Source: Gemmatimonadota bacterium
GTDB lineage: Bacteria > Gemmatimonadota > Gemmatimonadetes > Longimicrobiales > Gaopeijiaceae
Length of the DNA: 64,000 nt
Reading direction: 5' to 3'
Assembly (NCBI GenBank): GCA_009692105.1
Contig: SHZS01000003.1
Coordinates: forward strand, 5,136 to 69,135
Shown: positions 57,364-64,000 of the stretch, in pieces
How positions within the stretch are numbered: the first letter of the stretch is position 1
Layout: the number at the start of each line of letters is the position of its first letter
Position numbers and translations under genes: made by a program
The notes under the pieces: generated by a model
The model's input: only the letters and a program-made list of their open reading frames with translations
What the model was told of the DNA's origin: nothing
The model's database searches: none

Positions 57364-57436
57364 TCCCGTGTAGCTCAGTTGGTAGAGCAGCTGACTGTTA
57401 ATCAGCGGGTCGCAGGTTCGAGTCCTGCCGCGGGAG
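57364..57436 (+). tRNA. tRNA-Asn (anticodon GUU)
   Basis: Folded by hand: acceptor TCCCGTG/CGCGGGA, D-arm GCTC-AGTTGGTA-GAGC, anticodon stem GCTGA/TCAGC, loop CTGTTAA, T-arm GCAGG-TTCGAGT-CCTGC. Confidence 0.9.
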
Positions 57437-57484
57437 TTGAGTAACCACGAAGTCTCCTGCTCTCCCTTCACCCCGGAACTCATC

Positions 57485-58045
57485 TTGGCGCGAGGGCTGA
57501 CCTCCGCGTGGGCCGCCCTGTTGGTCGGCGTCATCGCTCTCTGGACCACTCGACCCGACCTCTTCTCCGAGGGAGGGATAGCCGCAGGGCTCGCCTCCCT
57601 GGGGGCATGGAGCTTCGCCGCCTACATCGTTGTATCCCTGCTGCGGGGCATCGCCCTGGTCCCGAGCACGCCGGTCGTCCTGGCAGGGGGAATCCTCTTT
57701 CCCCACTCGGTCTGGACGGTGCTCCCGATCTCCATGCTGGGCATCGTCCTATCCGCCACGCTCCTCTACTATTTTCCCGGTTACGGCGGGTACGACGCCT
57801 GGCTGGAATCGAAGCATCCGGAGCAGCTGGCCCGCCTTCGCGTGCATCTGGTGAAGCCCCGTGCCCAATGGTTCGTGGCGCTGTGGGCGCTCGCCCCGAT
57901 GGTGCCCACCGACCTCATCTGTTACGTGGCGGGGCTGGTGCGAATGCCCTTTCGGCGCATGATCCTGGGCGTCGTGATCGGGGAGTTTCCCCTGGTCGTC
58001 GCATACATATTGCTCGGCCAACGCCTGGCGGATTTCCTGGGGTAG
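57485..58045 (+). CDS. TVP38/TMEM64 (DedA-related, SNARE-associated) membrane protein
   Basis: LVPSTPVVLAGGILF, PMVPTDLICYVAGL and several TM segments. The track start TTG 57437 abuts the tRNA 3' end, so I prefer the in-frame TTG at 57485. Start uncertain. Confidence 0.65.
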   Translation: MARGLTSAWAALLVGVIALWTTRPDLFSEGGIAAGLASLGAWSFAAYIVVSLLRGIALVPSTPVVLAGGILFPHSVWTVLPISMLGIVLSATLLYYFPGYGGYDAWLESKHPEQLARLRVHLVKPRAQWFVALWALAPMVPTDLICYVAGLVRMPFRRMILGVVIGEFPLVVAYILLGQRLADFLG

Positions 58046-58049
58046 GAGC

Positions 58050-58490
58050 TCAGCTCTTCGAGGGAAGGTCCAGGATCTCCCGAACCCGTTCTCCGAGCTC
58101 CTGTGGGCTGAAGGGCTTTTCGAGGAGATGGGTCTCCGGATCCAAGAGCCCCTGACGCACGAGATCCCGGTCCGCGTATCCCGACATGAAGAAGATGCGG
58201 ATCCCGGGACGGAACCGCGTCACCTTGCTGGCCACCACGAGGCCATTCATCCCGGGCATCATCACGTCCGTGAGGAGGAGGTGAATCCGGCCCTGGTAGT
58301 CGCGCGCCAGGCGGAGCGCGTCCTCGCCACCTTCCGCCGAGAGCACCGTGTATCCAAGTCGGAGCAGGGCTTTGTGCGCCACCGCGCGGACCGCCGTGTC
58401 GTCCTCGACGAGAAGGACGGTCTCCGTACCTAAGGCCCTGGAGCTTTCGACCAAGTAGGCTTCGACGAAGGGTAGTGGGGAGCGAAACAA
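58050..58490 (-). CDS. Stand-alone response-regulator receiver domain
   Basis: VLLVEDD, LLLTDVMMPGMNG and FMSGY. The start is TTG 58490 or TTG 58454. Confidence 0.8.
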   Translation of the reverse strand: MFRSPLPFVEAYLVESSRALGTETVLLVEDDTAVRAVAHKALLRLGYTVLSAEGGEDALRLARDYQGRIHLLLTDVMMPGMNGLVVASKVTRFRPGIRIFFMSGYADRDLVRQGLLDPETHLLEKPFSPQELGERVREILDLPSKS

Positions 58491-58575
58491 CGCCCGATTC
58501 CTACATTATCCCTGCGGGGCCCGACCCGTCTAGTGCGTGCGGGGCCCACGTTACCTTGCCGCGGAGACCCCCAGA

Positions 58576-58992
58576 ATGATGCGCTTCCAGAGCGAGGTCA
58601 GGGTTCGGAGCTATGAGCTCGACTCCCTTGGCCACGTGAATCATGCGGTCTACCTGAACTACTTCGAGCAGGCCCGATGGGACGCCCTGGAGGCGGCCGG
58701 ATATCCGCATACCTCACTCACCACGGGCGAATGGGGCGTACAGGTGGTTCGCATCGAGGCGGAGTATCGGAAGGAATGTCGGCAGGGGCAGCTCCTTCAC
58801 ATCCTCACCCGTGTGGAAGAGCTCCGAAGCGCCTCCGTCACGCTCTCGCACGAGCTCCGCCGCGTGGATGACGGCCCCTTGGCCGATCCCGCGGTCACCG
58901 CGACCGTCGTGCTCGTCTGGGTGGGAAAGAGCAGGCGCCCGATCCGCATTCCTCCCGAGGCGCGCAGGGCGCTCGAGGGCTTCACTTCATGA
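58576..58992 (+). CDS. Acyl-CoA thioesterase, 4HBT/YbgC-like hotdog fold
   Basis: MMRFQSEVRVRSYELDSLGHVNHAVYLNYFEQARWDAL is a typical 4HBT N-terminus. Confidence 0.8.
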   Translation: MMRFQSEVRVRSYELDSLGHVNHAVYLNYFEQARWDALEAAGYPHTSLTTGEWGVQVVRIEAEYRKECRQGQLLHILTRVEELRSASVTLSHELRRVDDGPLADPAVTATVVLVWVGKSRRPIRIPPEARRALEGFTS

Positions 58993-59467
58993 CGATCACG
59001 GAGATCGGCGTCGTCCGCTGCCGGACCTGACCCCCGTGGATCAGCGTAAGCTCGATCCGGGTCGTGCCGGGCCCCGCGCAGTACAGGCGGATCTCGACGT
59101 CGTTGTAGAGCTCCTCCGACGGATGAGCAAGGTCGAGGACACCACCGGGCGCGTCCACCGCGAGCCGGTAGCCGATCGAGTGTTCAGCACCGTTGGAGAT
59201 CGGGATCGCCTCCCCGTCCAGATCGTAGCCGGCCACCGTGAACGGCTTCGACGTTCCGACGAGCCCCGGTGGGAGGGGTGGCAGAGCCGCCTCGACGTCC
59301 CACCCGCCCCACAACGTCCACGTCGCGGCTACCAGTCCCCGCGAGCGAAGCTCGCGGGAGTACATGTCGGTCCAAGGGACTGTCCGCCCCTGAGACCTGC
59401 AGCCGAGAATCCCGAAGACGAGGAGCGCGACCGCACTCCCCATGCCAAGGCCGCGCCAGGGACGCAT
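58982..59467 (-). CDS. Hypothetical lipoprotein
   Basis: ATG 59467 gives MRPWRGLGMGSAVALLVFGILGCRSQ (lipobox). Only the 3' third of track ORF 58982..60040 looks genuine. Confidence 0.55.
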   Translation of the reverse strand: MRPWRGLGMGSAVALLVFGILGCRSQGRTVPWTDMYSRELRSRGLVAATWTLWGGWDVEAALPPLPPGLVGTSKPFTVAGYDLDGEAIPISNGAEHSIGYRLAVDAPGGVLDLAHPSEELYNDVEIRLYCAGPGTTRIELTLIHGGQVRQRTTPISVIVMK

Positions 59468-59569
59468 CAAGGTCGGGGTGGCTCTCCTTCGAACTAACGG
59501 ATCCCGAGCGATCGTGCGCGCCGGGAGCGATGGAACGCCCATTGAACTGGAGGGTGCCTGGATTTGAGC

Positions 59570-60460
59570 ATGGATCCAATCGAAGGCATTACACGAAGCG
59601 CTGAGGGGCAGTTCCGATCTGGCGATCGGGAGGGGGGCGCCTTCGTGTCCGTGGGGAACGACGTGCTCGATCTGGGGCACCCCCGGTGCGGGGACCGTCC
59701 CAAGGGGGACCGGCTGCTCCGGCGCATCCTCGCCCCTGGGGAGAGGGAGTGGCTGGAGGGAGGGGGCCATGCCGAGCTCAGGCCGGTCCGGCTCTGGACC
59801 CTTTGGGCCGCCAAGGAAGCCGCCTTCAAGGTACTGTGCAAGCTTGGCCGCGGGCGCAGGATCTTCCAGCCGAGCGCACTCCCGTGTGACCTGCTCGTCC
59901 ACTGCGGGGAGAGTGCCCTGGACATCCATCCGGTGACCTCCGGTCTCGATGGGCTCCTTCGGATCGAGGGCTCCGTCCGCGGGGAGCGGCCTGACGAGCA
60001 GATCCGGATCGAAGGCACGTCCGACGGGACCTTCGTCCATGTGGTCGGCTGGATCCCCGAGGCACCGGGGCTCGCACGAGCCCGTCTCGAGGTCGGCCTC
60101 GAGCGGATCACGGTCGAGGACGCTGCGCCGTTGGAGCGGCTCAGGGATGAGTTCACCGAGGCCGAGTGGGACGGCATCCGCTCGATCCCGTCCGCGTGGG
60201 TCCGGCTCAAGGCGCGCGCGCGCCTTGAATTCCAGCTCAAAAGAAGCACGAACGGGCCTGCACCCACGGGACCGCCCGGTCGCGTGGAGATCCTGACCCG
60301 ACGCGTGGGCCCACGCGGATCACTCCCTCGCGTCCGGATTGGAGGGATCGAACGCCCTGAGCTCAGCCTCTCCCTCTCGCATCACGGGCGCTATGTGGCG
60401 TGGGCGATCCGCTTCGGCGCTGCACAGGACGGAACCGAGAGAACGGACCGAATCGCATAG
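59570..60460 (+). CDS. 4'-phosphopantetheinyl transferase family protein with a long internal insertion
   Basis: VGNDVLDL, WAAKEAAFK and the C-terminal LSLSLSHHGRYVAWAI are AcpS/Sfp-type motifs, but about 150 aa separate them. Start uncertain. TAG stop. Confidence 0.65.
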   Translation: MDPIEGITRSAEGQFRSGDREGGAFVSVGNDVLDLGHPRCGDRPKGDRLLRRILAPGEREWLEGGGHAELRPVRLWTLWAAKEAAFKVLCKLGRGRRIFQPSALPCDLLVHCGESALDIHPVTSGLDGLLRIEGSVRGERPDEQIRIEGTSDGTFVHVVGWIPEAPGLARARLEVGLERITVEDAAPLERLRDEFTEAEWDGIRSIPSAWVRLKARARLEFQLKRSTNGPAPTGPPGRVEILTRRVGPRGSLPRVRIGGIERPELSLSLSHHGRYVAWAIRFGAAQDGTERTDRIA

Positions 60461-60512
60461 CCTTCGGGCAACCAGACGACGAAAGCGCGGTGCCGGGCGA
60501 TCGCCTCGGAGG

Positions 60513-61685
60513 TCAGAGCGGGCGGTACTGCAGCAGGAAGGAACCCCCAAACCTCTGGAAGTAGGCGCCGCCGATCTCGCTCTCGGCGCGAGTCCACCCC
60601 ACTCGCAACGTGCCAGCCACGTTCCGCGCGATCGCGCGCGAGAAGGAGACGTACGCCAACGAGGCGTTGTTCGCTTCCTCGCCCGGGAGGAGGCGCGCAA
60701 AGCTCGAATCATGCAGGTACTGCTTCCCGGTAACCGCCCCGTACAGAGCGAGCGCCACGTTCCCCGGAATGGACGTTGAGAAGAGGCCCCGCAGGGTGAA
60801 GGCGTCGTACTCAGGGCGGTTCGAGTTCGATCGGTTTGCTCTCCCGTCCAACTCCACTTGCACGAGATATCGGCCCTGATGCGTCCAGGACGCACCGGCG
60901 TAAAAGGTGCGGTCCTTCCGGTACGGATCCTCGGGAGCGAAGGTGCCCTGCTTCGGGTATCGGCTCCCCTCCACAGCGGCGAAGAGCCTCAGGTTCGTGA
61001 CCTCGCCGTCGGTGAGAGTCGCCCCGACTTCCCACCGGATCCCGTCCCGGTCCAGGAGCCGGACCTGGGGAGCGAAGCGCGGCGCGAAGAAGTTGCCCTT
61101 CGATGCGGAGAGCTCCGTGTCGTAGACGACGGCCCTGGGGCCGTCGACCTCCAGGCTGATGCCACCATCGCCCGAGACGTACCCGGGTTGAAGGAAGAGC
61201 GGCATGGGCGGACGGTCCTCCACTTCCCGGCCCCGGAGGCGGGTGCGCAGCCCGAGCCTCGCTCGCTCGCTCACGGGAAGCTGATAACTAGCATCCAAGG
61301 TGCCCACCCACTCCCGCGGCGCATAGTCCCTGAGTTCGAAGCCATGGGCCGAGAATTGGCGGAGTCCTCCGTCGAATGAGAGTAAGAACGCGCCGCGGTC
61401 CGCGATCCGGTAGGTGGCGTCGGCCCTCACGGCCACCTCGCCCACTATGGCCGATACGAACTCAGTCGAGTCGATGACCGGGACACTCACCGCCGGGAGG
61501 TTGCCCTGGTACCCCTCGGCGGAGGCACCAGCGGTGATGACGAGGTCTCCAAACGTGAACTGCGCCTGGACACACTTCGGGGGGACGAGCCCAAGGAGCA
61601 GCGTGGCTACGATGAGGGCGCCGTGAATGCGCCCCGTCGCCCAGTGCTCGGGCGGGCGGGTCCAGGCATGGGAAGTTCTGCTCAT
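60513..61685 (-). CDS. Outer-membrane beta-barrel protein, uncharacterised
   Basis: 390 aa with a signal-like GALIVATLLLGLVPPKCVQAQ and alternating beta-strand pattern. 4-nt overlap with the upstream gene. Confidence 0.6.
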   Translation of the reverse strand: MSRTSHAWTRPPEHWATGRIHGALIVATLLLGLVPPKCVQAQFTFGDLVITAGASAEGYQGNLPAVSVPVIDSTEFVSAIVGEVAVRADATYRIADRGAFLLSFDGGLRQFSAHGFELRDYAPREWVGTLDASYQLPVSERARLGLRTRLRGREVEDRPPMPLFLQPGYVSGDGGISLEVDGPRAVVYDTELSASKGNFFAPRFAPQVRLLDRDGIRWEVGATLTDGEVTNLRLFAAVEGSRYPKQGTFAPEDPYRKDRTFYAGASWTHQGRYLVQVELDGRANRSNSNRPEYDAFTLRGLFSTSIPGNVALALYGAVTGKQYLHDSSFARLLPGEEANNASLAYVSFSRAIARNVAGTLRVGWTRAESEIGGAYFQRFGGSFLLQYRPL

Positions 61686-62617
61686 AGCCCCGACCCGGCC
61701 GAGGCGAGCTGGCGGAAGAGCTGCGCCTGGACACGCGCACGGTCACGATATTGGATCGTCTGGGCGCGGAGGTCCTGGTAGATCCCGAGCTGATCCGGCA
61801 GGGATCGCCCCGCGACGATTGAGGGCCCGGCGCCGCCCTGCGTCTCATCAGGGGGGGCCTGGGCGTCCGTACCAAGCTGGCCGCCCGGCGAAATGTCCGA
61901 GTCGTATCTCCGGAGCCCCTGGAGCAGGCCGGCCGCGTTCTGCAGTTGGAGGAGCCTGGCTTCGACCTGCGCGACCTGCCCCTCGATCCAGAGGATGACC
62001 GCGTCGTACTGCGCGGCCCGCTCCTCCATGAAATCGGCCTTGAAGCTCAAGTCACGAGGCGTGTCGCGTGGGCTCACCGTGAGCTCGGGCACGGGCCTCA
62101 GCGCGATCTGTTCCTCGATTCGCGGTCCCGCGGCCTCCAACTCGTCCACGCGCTGCCCGACCGCGTCCCACTCCGCGGTGAGCACCGCGCGACGTGCGGG
62201 ATTCGACTCACTCTCCAGCTGGGCAAGGATTTCGGCATCTCGGCCATTGAGGACGATGAGGAGGGTGCTGCGCGCCGCCTCGAGTCGCTCGGCCGCCCTT
62301 CCGGCCCCCGCCTCCGCCGCCATCGCCTCGACAGCGAGGGTGCTGAACCGTGCCAGGGCCCCTTCCTGCGCCGCCGTGCCCCGAGCAGCCACCACTTGGT
62401 CCAACGCGACCTCGTAGCTCTGGAATGCTCGACGGTACTCGATGAAGCGTGCGTCATAGTCCGCGAGAGCGGCCTGATGTTGGGCTTCGGCCTGGGTAAC
62501 GTCGAACTGCGCCCGAGCGGAGCCAGGGGCGAGGGCGAGAGCCATCGCCAGAAGAGCGATCGAAAGAGCGCGGCCCAGCGGGGATCCTCCCCCGTGCCCG
62601 CGAGGGCAGAGGCTCAT
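61682..62617 (-). CDS. Secreted coiled-coil hypothetical protein
   Basis: 311 aa with signal LSIALLAMALALAPGSARAQ and long Ala/Glu/Gln/Arg helical segments. 4-nt overlap with the upstream regulator. Confidence 0.55.
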   Translation of the reverse strand: MSLCPRGHGGGSPLGRALSIALLAMALALAPGSARAQFDVTQAEAQHQAALADYDARFIEYRRAFQSYEVALDQVVAARGTAAQEGALARFSTLAVEAMAAEAGAGRAAERLEAARSTLLIVLNGRDAEILAQLESESNPARRAVLTAEWDAVGQRVDELEAAGPRIEEQIALRPVPELTVSPRDTPRDLSFKADFMEERAAQYDAVILWIEGQVAQVEARLLQLQNAAGLLQGLRRYDSDISPGGQLGTDAQAPPDETQGGAGPSIVAGRSLPDQLGIYQDLRAQTIQYRDRARVQAQLFRQLASAGSGL

Positions 62618-64000
62618 CCCTCGATTCCGTACTTTTCCAGCTTGTAGTAAAACACGCTCGGCTTCAGGCCCAGCAGACGGGCAGCTTCGGCTTTGACCCC
62701 TGCGGCCTGTTCGAGGGCCTGCCGGAGGAGCCGCGCCTCCATCCGTTCGACGATCCCGTTCAGGTCCATCCCCTCGGAGGTGAGCATCGGCCCACCGTCT
62801 CCGTCGCGCGCGGCCTGGCCGTCGTCGAACGCGGGAAGGTCGTCCAGCTCGAGCATCTCGCCATCCGCGAGCACCAGCGCCCGCTCAAGTACGTTCTCCA
62901 GCTCCCGGACGTTACCCGGCCAGGAGTACTCGGCCAGCTTCTCGAGCGTTCGTGGATGGACTTCCCGCACCGGAGACCGGGTACGCTCACGCAGCTTCTC
63001 CACGAAATGCGCGACGAGGATGGGGATGTCCTCTTTGCGTTCCCGGAGTGGGGGTAGGGTGATCGGGACGACATGGAGCCGGTAGAAGAGGTCCTCGCGG
63101 AACCCGGTCCCTTGGAGGAGTCGCTCTTGTGGATGGTTCGTCGCCGCGATGATCCGGACGTCCACGGGAATCGTCTCCTCACCGCCGACCCTCTCCAGCT
63201 CCCGCTCCTGGAGGACCCGGAGGAGCCGCACCTGCGTCTGGGGAGCCACGGTCGAGATCTCGTCCAGGAAGAGGGTGCCACCGTTCGCGAGCTCGAACCT
63301 TCCGCGCCTCCGGCGCTCGGCTCCCGTGAACGCTCCTTTCTCGTGCCCGAAGAGCTCCGAGTCCAGGAGGCTCTCCGATAGGGCCCCGCAGTTCACACGC
63401 ACGAACGGCCCTTCGCCCCTTCCCGACCCCGCGTGGATCGCGCGGGCCACGAGCTCCTTTCCGGTACCGGATTCCCCGTAGATCATGACCGTGGACTCGC
63501 TCCGCGCGACCCGATCGATCCACCGGAATACCCGCTGCATGACCGGGGACTCTCCCACGATCGCCCCGTACCGGGGCTCCACCGCCTCTTCCAGCCCCTC
63601 CTTCAGATACGTGTTCTCGACCCGGAGGGACCGGTTATCCATATGGAGCCGGCGTCGCTCCTCCATCGTCTGAACCAGGCGGTCCACCTTCACGGCGAAC
63701 TCTTCGGAGGAGAAGGGCTTCGTCATGAAGTCGACCGCGCCGAGCTTCATAGCTTCCACGGCCTTCTCGATCGTCCCATACCCAGTGATCACGAGGACTT
63801 CGGTCTCGGGATACCGCTCGCGGATGGCTGTCAGGACCTCCATGCCGTCCATCTTGGACATCTTGAGGTCGGTGATGACCAGATCCGCCCCGTTCTCCTC
63901 GAGGAGCTCCATGCCCCGGGCGCCGGTGTCGGCCGCAAGGGTCCGGTGACCCCGGCGGCGGAGGAGCAGCTCGAGGCCCTCCCGCATGGAGTCGTGGTCG
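62614..64000 (-). CDS. Sigma-54-dependent response regulator, NtrC family (N-terminus beyond window edge)
   Basis: Receiver domain (VITDLKMSKMDG), AAA+ region GESGTGKELVARAIH, GAFTGA and a C-terminal Fis-type HTH (AARLLGLKPSVFYYKL). The frame stays open to the window end. Confidence 0.9.
   Translation of the reverse strand, partial: DHDSMREGLELLLRRRGHRTLAADTGARGMELLEENGADLVITDLKMSKMDGMEVLTAIRERYPETEVLVITGYGTIEKAVEAMKLGAVDFMTKPFSSEEFAVKVDRLVQTMEERRRLHMDNRSLRVENTYLKEGLEEAVEPRYGAIVGESPVMQRVFRWIDRVARSESTVMIYGESGTGKELVARAIHAGSGRGEGPFVRVNCGALSESLLDSELFGHEKGAFTGAERRRRGRFELANGGTLFLDEISTVAPQTQVRLLRVLQERELERVGGEETIPVDVRIIAATNHPQERLLQGTGFREDLFYRLHVVPITLPPLRERKEDIPILVAHFVEKLRERTRSPVREVHPRTLEKLAEYSWPGNVRELENVLERALVLADGEMLELDDLPAFDDGQAARDGDGGPMLTSEGMDLNGIVERMEARLLRQALEQAAGVKAEAARLLGLKPSVFYYKLEKYGIEG

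Noticed and set aside
57364-57436. Genomic island or prophage integrated at tRNA-Asn, or at the tRNA-Glu/Val pair.
   Set aside because: I found no integrase, transposase or phage-like genes. I noticed no duplicated tRNA 3' fragment in the flanking DNA. The neighbouring genes have the same GC-rich composition as the rest of the window.
58050-58490. The receiver-domain gene as the remnant of a truncated hybrid histidine kinase (its N-terminal FRSPLPF resembles the end of an HATPase domain).
   Set aside because: An in-frame TAA lies only 5 codons upstream of the TTG start, and the upstream gap is about 45 nt. No kinase remnant is present, so it is simply a stand-alone receiver.
13352-60460. Genome-wide reassignment of TAG (amber suppression or pyrrolysine-type recoding) as the explanation for the three in-frame TAG codons.
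   Set aside because: TAG terminates at least 12 ordinary genes at plausible C-termini: the lipase (13352), hypothetical 25350, queG, rsmD, speA (33207), modA (37176), the GT2 at 48108, the small ORF ending at 49536, GT9 (49500), the DsbA-like gene (54560), the TVP38 gene (58043) and the PPTase (60458). None of the three tRNAs in the window has a CUA anticodon, and no pyl-like genes are present. Local readthrough cannot be excluded, but a code change is not supported.
60489-60505. HIP1-like palindrome (GGCGATCGCC) between the PPTase and the outer-membrane barrel gene as a dispersed repeat element.
   Set aside because: I saw only a single occurrence in the window, so there is no evidence of iteration. 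It is most likely a chance palindrome or part of a weak terminator.

Overview
GC-rich bacterial chromosome with strong GC3 bias and diderm traits (LPS heptosyltransferase, outer-membrane beta-barrels, many lipoproteins). I cannot assign a taxon from sequence alone. Most of the window is tightly packed housekeeping DNA: sufC-B-D-Rieske-S-U, dacB, ligA, an MBL / HD-GYP / pfk operon, gyrA, queE, queG, rsmD, argG/speA, a mod operon, ilvD, an LPS-core glycosyltransferase cluster, and three tRNAs (Glu-CUC, Val-CAC, Asn-GUU). I saw no transposase, integrase, CRISPR array or rRNA. Three things deserve a second look. (1) A translationally coupled C39-like cysteine peptidase / RLAN-ATP-grasp / GCS2 amidoligase cassette at 43700-47174 has no product I can assign. 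(2) At 51380-53076 a single ORF fuses a MazE/AbrB antitoxin domain to a MazF/PemK toxin domain. It sits behind a perfect AT-rich palindrome, carries a Gly/Ser/Thr tandem-repeat insert, and is start/stop-coupled to a twice-frameshifted DUF3095-like gene. (3) Gene lesions are unusually dense. Three in-frame TAG codons split otherwise continuous proteins (18184, 19228, 26134). A DsbA-like lipoprotein has no ATG/GTG/TTG start, and a coding-like stretch at 57108-57300 has no intact ORF. TAG also terminates at least 12 ordinary genes here, so I reject genome-wide amber reassignment. The lesions are either real pseudogenisation, local readthrough/reinitiation, or assembly errors. All family assignments come from motif recognition by eye; no database search was run.
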